Below are positions 24,328 to 37,313 of a stretch of 64,000 bases of DNA, piece after piece. Made by a program: the position numbers and the translations under genes. A model generated the notes under the pieces. It made no database searches. It was not told the DNA's origin and was given only the letters and a program-made list of their open reading frames with translations. The stretch is taken from the NCBI GenBank assembly GCA_003971905.1, contig RSEE01000004.1:372001-436000 (forward strand). The letters are read 5' to 3'. Origin of the DNA: Moniliella sp. 'wahieum' (lineage: Eukaryota). How positions within the stretch are numbered: the first letter of the stretch is position 1; the number at the start of each line of letters is the position of its first letter.

Positions 24328-25593
24328 TCATACCACAACGTGACCGCCGCCGCGCAAAGCGCGGGCTGCTGCCTCTTCCTGTTCGGGCGGTAAGGGGGTG
24401 GACAGGTGCTGGGCAGTGGCAGCAGCGTCGAGGGTAGCGCGATCCAAATGATCGGCCCAGCCGGAACGGTGGATGCGTTGGTAAAATGGCGCGAGACGCA
24501 TCCGCTTCGTCGGCCGATCTGGGTCCAGGGGCGGCGCAGGGTGAGGCCGGCTGGCACGGTCCAGCGCGCGTAGCATCACTCGTTCGGATCGTGTAGGGAA
24601 CAAGAGCGTTTCGTCAGGGTACAGCGCTTGTAATGTCGCTGATGAGGTCCCAGCGGGAGGTGGTGGGGCCCGGGTTGCACCACCCGTCGGCGTCGGTGGG
24701 CAGGACGTCCACCTGGCATGGCCTCGATGGGCAGGGCGGGCACAGAAGCGCTGGCTCGGGTCTGGCTGGCTAGCCGATGACCACGTGCAACAATGTCCGG
24801 GTTGAGGAAAAGACCAGCGAGAGATGCGCTGGACTCTTGCTTCCCCTCGACGGCCCGGCAGACCATGCGGACCATCCTGCCGTTGCGCCGGCGCTGACGC
24901 TGGGATGTTTTCCGCGGGCGTGGATGCGTGGAGGAGGAAAGCGGCAGAGGTACTCCTTCTTGGCCTGGATCCTGTGTCAACACAGGCTCGGATTCGGGCG
25001 GAGGGGCGGGGGGTGCAGGCTGCCAAACGAGCCGAGCGACGAGGAGCCAGAACCGGGGCCGGGGCCGATGCAAGCACAGCGGCGTCCTCGTTGGTATCTG
25101 GGACAAGGGGGGGAGCAGGCCAACGGCGAACGTGGCGACATACATTACACCGGACCTGGATCATGCGCGTATGCGGACCCGAGGGCCGGGTCCGAATCGA
25201 AGCGTCAATGCCGGGGAGCAACAGGGCACTGCACTGGGTGCACACGAGTCGTTGGAGGGAAGGGTCGAGGGGGAGAACGTTTTTGCGAGCGACCTGCACC
25301 GCCGCTACAACCGAGGCGCGCGAGGCGGTAGATGCAGCATGGGCACGCTTGCGCAACGTGCCCGTCGTGCTCCGATCGCGGTCGGACGAGAGCGCGGCGT
25401 GGACAAAGGCTTGGCGCATGCGCACCGCCTGGCCCGCGTACGTCACCGCCCCGGCCAGGTACTCGTTGATCGTTGCCATCTGGTCGGTGTGGGGCACGGA
25501 GCGGGGCAAAGGAGGTGCGCGGAGCAGCGCATCCGATCCACCGCCTGCCTTGCGCGCGGCCTTGCCCCCGCCTGCGGGTGGGTTGGGCGGCAT
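24328..25593 (-). CDS. RPR2: RNase P/MRP subunit Rpr2/Rpp21/Snm1 family with long C-terminal extension
   Basis: VARKNVLPLDPSLQRLVCTQCSALLLPG...IQVRCNVCRHVRRWP matches the Rpr2 CxxC..CxxC zinc-ribbon pattern. Confidence 0.85.
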   Translation of the reverse strand: MPPNPPAGGGKAARKAGGGSDALLRAPPLPRSVPHTDQMATINEYLAGAVTYAGQAVRMRQAFVHAALSSDRDRSTTGTLRKRAHAASTASRASVVAAVQVARKNVLPLDPSLQRLVCTQCSALLLPGIDASIRTRPSGPHTRMIQVRCNVCRHVRRWPAPPLVPDTNEDAAVLASAPAPVLAPRRSARLAACTPRPSARIRACVDTGSRPRRSTSAAFLLHASTPAENIPASAPAQRQDGPHGLPGRRGEARVQRISRWSFPQPGHCCTWSSASQPDPSQRFCARPAHRGHARWTSCPPTPTGGATRAPPPPAGTSSATLQALYPDETLLFPTRSERVMLRALDRASRPHPAPPLDPDRPTKRMRLAPFYQRIHRSGWADHLDRATLDAAATAQHLSTPLPPEQEEAAARALRGGGHVVV

Positions 25594-26031
25594 GGTGGCT
25601 GGCTATGGTGGTGGATGGGAAAAAATTACGCTGGGCCCAGCGGCACCGGCAGTGCTGGCTACGTACGATGCGGCGAGGTTGCTTGAACATTGCAATTGGG
25701 TACCCGCCTCCGGACCGACAGTCCTTTGGTTGCAAAGGTGAAATTCTCCTCCCTCATCAGTTTCCCAGTCCTCGTAATCGGAAGGGCGTATATGGCAAGC
25801 TCAAGAGTCTGGGTCCAGAAGGCAGTAGCGGACTGGGGCCTCCCAGGGTTGTGTTATGAAGAGGCGAGAGACGACGGTGCGTATCTTTGGTCGAGTGCAA
25901 AGCGTGCATTTTCAACAAAATGATCAGAAATCGTACAAATCGTGTGCGAAGAAAGCATCGTCAACATCATGCAGTGAGGTTATATAAGCGGGGATGATCA
26001 GAACAATGTAGGAGAATGGCACCTCGGGCGA

Positions 26032-29000
26032 CTAGGTATCTTCCTCGGTAACGTCGAGCAGGAGCGGTCCCGACGGTCCTCGTCCCAGCTGGGCGAGCTG
26101 GCGCGAAGTCCAATTGTCGGCCAGGATGCGCGTCTGGGCTGGGTCGCGATAGGCCATTTCCTGGGGGCGCGGACCGGGGCGTGGAGAGCGGGGCGAGGGC
26201 TCATCTGTGTCCCTCGTCCTGCCTTCTGGGGCAGGAATGGGTTCCAACACGTCTTGCTGCACCGGAGGGAAGGGGGAAAGCGTGTGCATCGAAGTAATTT
26301 CCACCTCTACCTCCGTGTTGGGCGTGGCGTGGAGAAGCCCATTGCCGCCGGTCGAGTCCGAGTCCTGCTTGCAATGCATCTCCACCTTCTCGTCCGAAGC
26401 GACGGGCGGCGGTATCGGACTCGATGGGGCGGGGCGCGTTGTGGTCCCGGTAACGGGTTCGGTATGGGATGAGTTCCAGTCTTTTTCCTTGGTTGGAGCA
26501 GCTGGCTGGAAACTGGGGGTCGTATCAAGTCGAAGTCGGGAAGTTAGTTCATACGTCTCCGGATTTTGGTTGCGGCGGGACCGGGGCCTGCGTGCCGGTC
26601 GTCCAGGGGCCGAACTACCAGTTAGCCTACTGGTCCGGCCTGCGCTACGCGCAGTGGAGCGTTCATCTCTCAGGGAGGATCCGAGCCCTGTGACGGCGGC
26701 CAGGGCGGCGAGCGGCCGTCGTCCGGAGCGGGTCCACGACACGGGACTTTCCTCCACCTCGTCCGCTCAACGAGGTAGGCGTTGGGGTACTTTCGCCTCA
26801 GTTCCGCCGCCACCTCGGTTTCAAACTGATCCGACTGCGCGCCCCGAAGCATCATCTGCGCCTTGGAGAAGAGATTGTACGGGGAGAAAGAAACGGGGTA
26901 CCGTTGGAATCTGTCTCGGTCGGGATCCCGGCAGGCGGTACCTCTTCTTGGTATCCATCGCCACGGTAGTGTTCTTCTGCCGTGCCTTGGTACGGCCCGG
27001 AGAAGGTCGGTTTGTGCTCGGCAGGAGGAAGCACGGCTTGTGCCAAAACCATTTGGGCGGGCGGAGAGGAATCGTCGAGACTCGAAGGTACTTCGAGTAC
27101 ATCGGCAGATAGACGAGCGAGTTTGCTCAGATGAGGATAGAAGGACATGGCACTGACCAGGGCGTCCATTGCAACGTAGAGGGCCATCTGGAACTGAACC
27201 AATTCTTCTTCCTGTTCGGGGGCCAGGTACTGGTCTGAGGGCAAATAGGCGCGCCGCTCGCCCGAAGAAATTGATTCGCGCTCGCAGATCCGCATCGCAT
27301 CGTCCAGTGACAGTTGATCCAGCACACGCAAAAAGGCGCACATATCTGCATTCACGTGTCGCACGTCGGGAATGCGGTAGGAAGGGATCATCTGATGGGC
27401 AAAGGCATACGTGAGCACGTCCAGATGCGACCCAGCCGAGGGACGGACGCCAAACAGACCAAGGTATACGCCGCCCGGCTGGACTATTGGCTTGGTCCCG
27501 CGTTTGGCATACAGTTTCAGAGCATCCAGCATCTGCGTCATATCGGGCTTGGGAACCGACAGACGGTCCGACAAGATCCGGGTCAGGAAGCGGGTCTCGG
27601 CAAATCGGTATCCCTTCTGAGCATAGTGCGCCCATTCCTCTTCTTCCGACGTCTCGCCGTCCAAGCCTACTTCCCGCACGAGAAACAGCAGCAATCCCTC
27701 TTGATCTTGGCCGCGATTGTCGTCGAGGAACAGCGGAAACGGGAGCGTGGTGGAAATCGATCCTTCCTCGGTGGGGAAATCGGTCATACTGGTTGTGTCT
27801 TGCTCCGCTTCAGTAGTGGGGTCCTGTTCCTTGTTGCCGCGCGATGGGTTGAGACGGATCAATTTGCGCTTGCGCCGTTGTACGTAGCGGAGCAGGGTAC
27901 CATTGGGGAAACAGCGATCAAACAGAACTCCAATGTGGTCCATGGGAATGCCCAGTTCGTCACTCAGTTCGTGGGCGGCTGCAATGTATTGGTCCTTAAA
28001 GTCCGACAAGTCCATGTCGGTGAAGACTGTGTTCTCCCGGTCGTCGGCATGAGGGCCTTTTTGCCGGCGGCGGGATGAGAGTAGTTGACCAAGGGTCCGC
28101 TTCTGTTCCATCAGACTGTTGGCGCCACCCCGTTGACGGCGAAAGCGAGCATCAATAGCACGGACAAAAGGCAGGACCATGGACCAGTCCCACGAAACCG
28201 AAAAGAGCCAGAGGAAGAGAGGCGCGCGCCGGTCCAAGTAATGCAGCATTTCCTTGGGTGGAACCTTGGAATCGATTACCACCATAGGCACGTTCCGTCC
28301 GGCTTGACCAACAAACGACCTTGGCGATCAAATGTGGCAGAACAGACCGCAATCTTTCTCGCCTTGTCACGTACCGCGCGCACATTGAGATAGTCGCTTA
28401 AGATGACAAGGAAGCAGGAGATGACAATCGTTGCACACATGGCGCCCACGGCCCCGGCCGTTTTGACGCTCTGTTTCTCGTTGGTTGTCAGCACGGCAGC
28501 GAGACGATGCGGTCGCTGGGCACAAAGTAAGATGTCCCTCCTTGGCCGAGATAGTGCATTGTCGACACACCCGTGGCTAGCAAAAAGCGCAACCGCCTCG
28601 CTTCCACCACGAGTCTTCCCAATGTGCACGCAGACGGAAGAAGATGACAAGGGCACTGGACGTGGAGATACAAGCAAACAAGATGGAGAAGACGAGAAAG
28701 ACGGGTTTAAAGTGGGCGATAAAGTTGATTTTGAATGAGGCCGAGTAGTGCATCAGGGCCACCGTGCCCCCAGTCAATGGGCCGCCCAAAACAAAGCGCA
28801 AGGCGATGTGGGTTTCGGCGGTGAGCAGGAGGAATGCAATGACGAAGGCTGCGAGGGGGACCAAGAGGGAGAAGACGGTCCATCCTGCGTTGTAGGTGAG
28901 ATACCAGTGGACGTTGGCCAGAGGCGTAAGGCTCATGTGCATTCCGATAAAGTGCTGGTACACAGACAGGGTGGGGTTAGGGGGTGCATCTCTGGATGGA

Positions 29001-29336
29001 TACGAGCGAGGGAGGAGGCTGGGACATACCATGCTCCATACTGCGACGCTGGCCATGGTTGTTGCAGCAAAGAGGAGCCATACATGGCTGAGCAGGCCAG
29101 AGGAGCCGGTGTGTTTGCTGAGCAGCGTCAGCGTGGAGAAGCACCCCAGGACGGAGACCAAGACAGAGGCGACGACGATGCCTGGGCTGTAGGACTGGGG
29201 GACGGCATGGTGGGTGTAGTAGAGTGCGACGGCGGTGAGGTCTGGAGAGGCCGACGGGCGTGGGCGGTCAGTACATGGGGGGCGAGGGCGCGGGGGTGGG
29301 GAACGCACTGGTGGTGGAGGGCACGCCGCCGGGCAT
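26032..29336 (-). CDS. MHYT-domain membrane sensor protein with long cytoplasmic C-terminus
   Basis: YSPGIVVASVLVSVLG, three MHYT-like motifs (AVWSM|HFIGM split by intron 29029-28955, ALMHYSA, STMHYLG), then CSATFDRQGRLLVKPDG. First intron begins GTGCGT ~29308. 3' end 25998-26032. Confidence 0.88.
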
Positions 29337-29839
29337 GGTGGTGGGGGGATGCCGATGGCGGCGAGGGCAGGGGAGGCGGCGAGGGGGGCCAGCGCTTAGC
29401 CCCTGCCGGGCGGCGAGACGAGGGGCTGGGCTGGCGGGGGGGCTGATTGAATATTGAGGGCTGGGCATGTATGTACCGGCGCGCCAGGGTGTGCGGGGGC
29501 GGGTGGCTGGCGAGGGCGTACCAGCAGCAGCCGTGGCTGATTATCGATTATCGATTACCTTACCCCTACTGAGCAACTGAGTACGCACGGAGTACTGGTC
29601 CCGGTCCTGGTGCTAGCGGCTGATGGCTGATGCTGATGCGTGATGGGATGCACGGGGCATGGGCATGCATCATGCATGCGGCCGGCGACGGCTGATGTGC
29701 TGACAATCGCAGTGCCCCCAACAACCCCACAACGCACCCCGGCCGGAGCGGTGCGGGCGGTGGGGACGAAGTCGGACGCAGAAGTCGGACGCAGTGCACA
29801 GCAACACCCGCACCACCATCCCCACCACCATCCATGCAC

Positions 29840-30180
29840 AGCCCCGACCCCCGCCCCCCCGCCGCCCCGGCTTCGACGACCCCCCCGCTCCTACCGCGCC
29901 GCCCGCCGCGCCATCGTCCAGCACACCTACCACTACGCCCCGCCCCGCCCGCTCCCCTCCGCCCGCCCCGCCCCCCCCGCCCCCCTCCTTCGGCCCGCCC
30001 CCCCCGCCACTGCCCCGCCCCCCCCCACCACACCCCCTCACACCGCCCACACCCCCTTCCCCCCCCCCCTCCTTCCCCCCACCCCGACCCCGGCCCCTCG
30101 CCCCCATCCCGCCTCCACCCATGGCTACCGTGCGTGCACGCCTCCCCTCCCGCTGCCCCTCCCCCACCGTGCTGACCTTG
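29840..30180. repeat. Extreme C-rich low-complexity tract upstream of the RA-PH gene
   Basis: Many C3-C9 runs on the + strand (G-runs on -). Confidence 0.85.
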
Positions 30181-30445
30181 CGCTCCCCACATAGCGAACG
30201 GCTCCCACACGTTCTCGCCCCATCAGCACTCTCGCTGCCCCAACACGTGTCCCTACTGATTTCGGTCCGCAGCCTAAGCCCACCCAACGCCCGCTTTCTC
30301 TCCCGCCCTCGCGTCCTCATGTCGACTCCCCTACCGCGTCGCCCAGCTTGCTCCGCCGCCTCTCCCGTCGCCTACGCCCGCCGCCACCCCGGAACAGTCC
30401 GAGCCGGCGCCGTCCCCAGTGAGGGAGCGTCATGTGCCAAGCGAC

Positions 30446-33400
30446 TATGGTGTTCCTTCTCCTGCGCGGTCTCCATGAGGGAGCATCATTTGCCTGTTCC
30501 TTCTCCTCCTCGGCATCGTAACCGCGACGACGACGATCGTCCCCGTTCCATCTCGAAGCGCCGTTCGTCCTGGAAGCGGTCTCCGCCTCCGATTGTTGCC
30601 GCTCATGCTCCAAGTCAAGAGCAGCGCCAGCCGCCGCCCCGTGCGGCCTCCCACACGCGGCGGGAGCGCGAGTACCCTATCCAGGCCGCGGCACAAGACC
30701 GAGCCCACTGGGCGAAAGAGGGAGATACGCAACAAGCAAGGGAGGCGCTCGGCCAGCGCTCGCTGTCACCATCCAAAACAGGTCCGGCGTTGGACAAGCA
30801 ATCCGTTCCCCAAGAGGAAGATTGGGACCAAGGCGTTGTGCGTGCTCGGCGTGGCGCACCGGCTCGTCCACGTCCAAAGGTGGCCCGTTCCTCCCAGCCG
30901 GAAAACATGACACATGAGTCCGTCCGATCCTCTCGCTCCAAACGTAGTATGGCGGTACAGCCCCCTCGGTACAACCCTCCTCGGTACAGCCCGAACCCAT
31001 GACGAGCGCATTGCCTCGTGTGGCGCCTCGTCCATCTGCAACCCGCCGCGGCCATGCGGTGCCTTCTCCCGACGTCAGCCGTGCCTCTTCTCAGGTTGTC
31101 CTGAAGCAGAGTCGGATAGGTCTCGGCCCAGGCGTGGCCCACAGCCTTCTCGTATTTCGTCTAGAATCAGGCGGACGCCAATGCTTGAACCAGAAGCAGT
31201 GGACGAACCCAAACCAAGGAGCCAACCCGAACCAAGGAGCCAACCCGAACCAAGGAGCCAACCCGAACCAAGGAGCAAGCCTGAACTGTGGACGAAGAGG
31301 CCACATCCAAAATCCCTTCCAGGACGATTCGGACCTGATGAAGGTTTCTTCCGACCTGGTCAACGGGATGGCAGGTGGTTCTGCCTCCCCGCCCCCTTCT
31401 GAGCAGCAAGGGTGGAGACACCCTGAATTTGATGCGCCCGTGCATTCGGGCCAGGAGGCGCAGGATGCTACCGAACAAAACGCATCGCTGGACACCCCAC
31501 TCCAAAGACAGGGTGGAGTGGGCACAAGAACATTCGTGGCTTCAAAGCAGTACCGTTCCATTCCCGGTGGGTTGTGGGCCGCTGAGTCTTCCTCCTCCGC
31601 ATCAGAGACAGGAGGGTGGAACACTCCGGTTCCCTCTGGCACCAGTTTCGAGAACGTTGCTAGCCCTCCGCCCCCTCCAGTATTGGAACCTGCTGTGGTG
31701 GTGCCCGAATCTGGACCCTCATTGGCGGTGACGGCTGACCCCGAGATGGAGATTACCCCGCCGGCTTCTTCCAGACTTCGTGATCTCCTCTGTTGCACCT
31801 TTCGAGGTCCATTCAGAGCTCGCCGCCGACGCTGTTTCGACCCCTCCCGCCAACGGGGCCGTCGGGATGGGAACATTGCTCGAGGCCACTTCGTTGGAGA
31901 ACAGTATCCATCCCCACATTGCATCGAGGATGGACAATGTGCCCGTATCCCCCCTCTCTATGAGCGACACGGCCGAGTCAAGCGAGTCGAGCGATGCGGG
32001 CGAAGAGGAAGAGCAAGCACCACACACGCACCCCTCTATCTTCTCCCTTCCTGACGCCGGTATATCCAAAGATAGCTTAGCCAGCTTCACCTCCTTTGCC
32101 TCGGCCCACACACTTGAAGAGGAGCCTCACCTGCCTGGGTCCTTCTTTAACGCCCAACCGCCAGGTCCCCCTTGGAAACGGATTTGCCCCAGTCCCGGGA
32201 TCCTTTACGTATTCCTGGTGGTGGGGCAAAGCCAACCAATGGCCCGGGATGCTGCACCAGCTCTCTCGCCTGTGCATATGGAGGACAGACGTCAAATTCT
32301 CCTGCACTTTCTTCCATCGGAGACCTCTTCGGAATCGGACTTTAGTGAGCCCCGGAGCGGGCCCAGTTCCCCGTCCCAGTCCGACTCTGAAGCTGAATAC
32401 GATTCCGAGTCTGATTCGGACGACGAACCTCCCCGAGGCATATCGTATATGCATCGCGGCCCGTCCGGCATGCTGGTGGAGGTTATGACCCCGCACGAAG
32501 AGGAAGAGGAGGAGGACACTGATGATTCGGACTATGACCATGCTCGCCCCTGGGAACGACCTACCCTCTCTCTTGGCATGGCAGCCGCAGTTATCCCATG
32601 TTCAACCCAATCCCGAGCCCGTGGAATCAGACGCGCCCGAGCCGGCCGGCCTGGATTCGACGCTTGCCGTGCCCCAGTTTGACGGACCGGACTTTGAGGG
32701 AGGTGATTTCGGAGAACCCGGTCAGACGAGGACTTATCTGCGTTCCTTCTTCCCGGTCTTTCGGACGAAGCGGCAGCGGCAGCCTTGGCTGCGATGGAAG
32801 CGACGAGGGCGATGATGACCCGAATGGGGTCGGATCTGGAAGGGTTTACATGGGCGAGTTGCCAGGGTCGGATGATGACCATGGGCCGTCTCCCACTGAG
32901 GAAGGGGGTGGATCTTTGCCGGAGCGTGATGCCGTTGCCTCGCAGGAGCCGACGGAGTTCCTCGACAAAGGCAGTTCGAGTGGCTTGGATGCCAACCCGG
33001 TGAACAACTCACTTCCTCTCAAAGAGGATGAAGGGAAGGAGGGAACGACGCCCTGTCTCCCACTTCAAGCCCACTGGGTATCCCTGCAGAGACAGAGATG
33101 ATGGCGGTGACGTTGCCTCAGACCAATGATGAAGAGACCGCCCTACTGGCATTGGCACATGACCCATCGTCGCCGCCAATCAGTCCTCTGGCGCCGCCTA
33201 CACCGAAACGTAGCTCATCGCCTCCGCCCGTGGCCCTCCGTGGTGCATCCACCCTTCCCCCCAACCTCAGGAGGGATTGACCACATCTCTTCCCCTCCCG
33301 TCACGGCACTGGCATCCTCTTTCTCGGCGCGTTCCCGGGGTCAGGTTCCTTCTGCCACTTCTACGGCGCCTCCCGCACCTGAGGAAGCGGCCTCCTCCCA

Positions 33401-36400
33401 TCCACTCGGATCCCCGTCTCGCTCGCCTGACTTTTTGGAGAGTCCGGATCCCTCCGACATCAAACCTCTGGCCCTGGCACGAGCACCAGCACCCCATCCT
33501 TCAACCTCTCCCGCCCGACGCCCGTGGAAGACGCGCACAAAACGGAGGGAACGGATGAGGATGCAGATGCGGACGATGAGGAGGAAAAGGATGGGGAGCG
33601 CGAGGGAGATGAGACGGAGACGGAGAAGGGGTGACAAAAATTGTCGAGTACCCCCACGTTCGGTCCCAGCGGCGGCCCAGCAAGACCAAGTGGGACCCGT
33701 CTCGTGCTTTGGCCTATGCTCGGGCGCATCAGGTGTCCTCGTCAGAATCGGAGGGGAGGATTGCGCTTGGTGACGAACCTGCTGCGCCGGCTCTTTGAAA
33801 CACACCAAGCGCTGACATTGTCTGACCAACATACAAGGACCACGCGCATCCGAATGGTGTCCAAGCAAGAAGACGCCCTCAGCATGCGTGGCCAAACGCG
33901 TCGCCTTCGAGGTACGAGTCCTTGCCGGTGGATAGTACGGCCCATCCGCGTGTTCCTCGCGCATCCCACCGGACGAGGCGGGTGCATGGGATGCGGGGAC
34001 AGGCGATTATCCCAGTGCGAGTGCGAGTGCAGCGCAAGCGCCACGAGAGGGAAGCAGTTCAGCGACGCAAGACCAATCCAGTACGTTGGCCACGGAAAGT
34101 GGGGGTTCCCCCGTTCCCTCTTGCTCTTTCGGCCGTACCCGCTAGGTCGATGCACCCCCTCGCACCCCCGCCTCGAGCACAGAGCGCGAGTGAGTACGAC
34201 TCAGATGCTTCGTCCGAGTACGACTCGGAGTACGATAGCGAGTCCGACTCCAGCGACCAAGAGGGTGACGCGCCCCCTTTTCCCGAGGGTGAGCATCTGA
34301 GCGAAAACCAGGACGGGACGCTGTCGGAATCGAGTGCATCTACCTCTACCTCCTCAGAGTCGGAGGAGCAGGAGCAGGAGCAGGGCTGGAGCAGGAGCGG
34401 GCACGCTCCCCCCCTCAGCCACTCCGAATGCGCGCAAATGGGGTTCCTACTGGACTGCCCCTTCATCAAGGCGCTTTGGCATCGGATGCGCCCCCGCTTC
34501 GGTCAGAAGCAGCTGTGCGTACAGGGCAGCATGCTCACGGGGCGCCCCAAGGAACGTCAAGCTCTTTTCCGGCTAAATCGCTGGGTCCTGCCCTGCTCCC
34601 GGTTGCCCCCGTGCCCTTTGTCCAAAGTGAAGCAAGGGCCGGAGGGGTGCGCAGCTTGGCGCGAGAGCATGGACATGGACTAAGCGATTCGGAGACCCTC
34701 AAAGTGGCCGAGGTTCGGGATGGCCTTTCGTTTGAGCACTTGGCAGACAGCAGCGTGACCATGACGGCCTCGGAGGAGAGCGAAGAGGAGTCGTCGTTCG
34801 AGCAAGTAGCTCGATACCAGCCCCGCGTCTTGCCCGACGTGCCGTGGGAGCGAGGGGACCTGGGCCTGGAGCGGGGGCACTCGGTTGGAAGCAGTCCTGC
34901 CACCCCTCGTAAGGGCATCATCCCGCCCATCACAACTGCCGTCTCTCCATCTGCCGTTTCTTCTCCTCTTCCGATTCGCGTGTCATGGGGGAGCAGCGCG
35001 CTTCGCCAGATGCCAATGGCATCCCCAACGTTTCTCACTCCTCCGCTGATTTGGGGCTGGCCACTTACTGCACGGGCCGGCTTGGGGCCAATGCTCGATC
35101 CGCCTCGCCCGCTAACCTCAGGGCAGCAGGTGAGACCCTAGATTCGATTGGTTGTACAACCACTTTGGGTCGGGCTACGGATTCGGTGCAGGACTCCGCC
35201 GCTCTCCCTTCCTCCCAAGTCTCCTTACCCGCCACTGCCAGGGACCATTGTGTTTTGGCAGGGGGGGTGCCAAAAGCCGCTCTATCGAGCCACAAGGCAA
35301 AGCGCCTCTCGCCTTCTGCTCTCCAACCTTTGCTACCGCGGGAAAGCCGTGGTCCACCGCCGCTGACCATTCCGGACCATTTGTATGTCCCGCGGACGCC
35401 GCAAGCACATCTGCACATGAGGTTACTCCTTGAGTTGCAGCGCTCCATTCCCTTGCACCCCAAGCCCCACCCGACCGCCGAGGAGGCGGCGCCCAAGCTT
35501 CGGGCGGCAGCCAATGGGGCGTGGCCTATGGCAGGCTGGGGCAATGCCAAGCAAGGATGGGGCCAAGGGTTTGATCCCAACGACTTGAAGCAGCGGCTCG
35601 AACCTGTGCTGCGCGCCCACGCCCAGGGCAAGAGTTTGTCCAAAGCGGCGATGCGGCGGACCAGCAAGCGTCCCAACCGGGCCCCGTGCCGGGCTTTCTC
35701 GGTGCTGCTGGCAGCAAGGCCGGACCGGGGCCCACCAGGGAGGTTGCTCCGACATATGTTGCCCCCATGCCGCCGACGTTGGCCGGCGCGCGTGCGTCTC
35801 ACCCTACGGGCATGGTAGGTGCCATGTTCCCCTTGGCCGCACGGGCCAAGTCGATGCGGATCCGGCCCGCTTCGCTCAGCTCGGAACTGCGCCGTCGCCA
35901 TTCGACAGGCGCCCGCCGTGCTCCGCGGGTAGTGGTGGTGCGGGTGTACATTGTGACCAAGCAGCGCTACGTTGACTTGGACATTTACCCCGACGCGATG
36001 AATGCGCGCGAACTGGTGGTGGACGCGATGGCCAAGGCCTCGGTCCACCCGGCGGTGGATGACCCGGCACCCGGCGGATGGTGCATGTTTGACGTGAGCG
36101 TGGAGCTGGGGTTAGGTACGTTGTCATGCGCGCTTCTCTTTGTGTTGGGTAAATACTAACCTGTCCCCGCCCCCCCCCCCTTCACAGAGCGTCCTCTGCG
36201 TGAGTATGAAACATTGGTCAGGTCCTTCGCTGCCGCAGCAACCCCCTGTCGGACTACTTTTTCCTTCGTCGGACGAGCTGTCCTCGAGCCTGACGATGCG
36301 CTCGGTACCTGTGGTGCCGCCACGTTGGGTGGTGGGTGCACCTGCGCGACCGAAAGGGCAAGTGGAGCAAGCGCTGGCTCGAGTTGCGGGACCAAGCGCT

Positions 36401-36797
36401 GTTCCATGCCCGCAACATGGCTGGCAAGGACGAAGTGTTGATTGGCGGGTTGCACGAGTGGGACATTGAGTTGATTCATGCCCCCTTGGCCACCCTGCCC
36501 ACGCTCAAGCTGCCCAAAGCATGTGGCTTTGCCGTCCGCCGCCAAACCTCCCGCCCTCCCGGGCCAGATGACCATCGCTACCTCGTCGTCGTCTCGCTCA
36601 TGGACCCGGCCGCGTACTCCGATTGGGTCCGTTCCATCCTCTTGGCCCGTACCTATCTCTTGAGAAGGAGTTTCCCCACCTCTTCTACAGCGGCGAGGCA
36701 CGGCACTAAGGTGGCCCTATCGTCGTGGGTGAACGTGGATGCACTGTGGCTTTCGTCGGTGGCGCGGTGGCCGTTCTGCCGGACTTTTTTTTGTTAG
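30446..36797 (+). CDS. Very large Ser/Pro/acidic low-complexity protein with C-terminal Ras-association-like (ubiquitin-fold) + PH domains
   Basis: C-terminus VRVYIVTKQRYVDLDI...GGWCMFDVSVELGL|ERPLREYE (intron 36116-36187), then PH-like GWVHLRDRKGKWSKRWLELRDQALFHAR...DWVRSILLARTY. Upstream 5.4 kb is a chain of frameshifted + ORFs; start and stop approximate, and it could be more than one gene. Confidence 0.65.
31205..31285 (+). repeat. 18-nt coding minisatellite (~4 copies)
   Basis: GAACCAAGGAGCCAACCC units; reads (EPRSQP)n or (NQGANP)n depending on frame. Confidence 0.9.
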
Positions 36798-37313
36798 GGT
36801 GGCTGGTGGGGTTTGTTCTGTTCGTCCATATGCACACTTTGATGTGATCCATCCCTCGTTTGTTTCTTTTGCCGTTTCTCCGCCCCCCCCCCCACCGCCA
36901 CCCCACCGTGCTCTCCCATTTAGCTATCCTTTCTCTGTATCGACAAAATGTGTGTGTGTCCCGATATTGGTATGGCTGGCAGAAGCGACCCACCTGTTTC
37001 CCTCTGCCGTCTTTCAGCATTTCTCCCCCCGAGCCACAGAGCAGAGCAATTTAAGGCCCCGATTGGGGAGGGTTGTAGTGACCGGTGATCGTGACCAGTG
37101 ACGAGGCGCGGCGGCGCAGTGCAGCCAAGCACTCACCAACTGTGCCCGCGCTTGGACCCACAGAAGCTGGCTGCGCCATGGGCAGTCGCTCGCCAGTCGC
37201 CATTTCTGCTAACGCTGGAGCGAAATATGTATGCTCGCTTTCGTTCCTTGCACTCGTCTGCACGCACATGATATAGGCGGTATAATAGGACCAGTGCGCA
37301 GGCCATTACATGA

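Noticed and set aside
29794..30320. Poly-Pro (extensin/formin-like) and poly-Gly ORFs
   Set aside because: They are by-products of the C-rich upstream tract, which is open in most frames.
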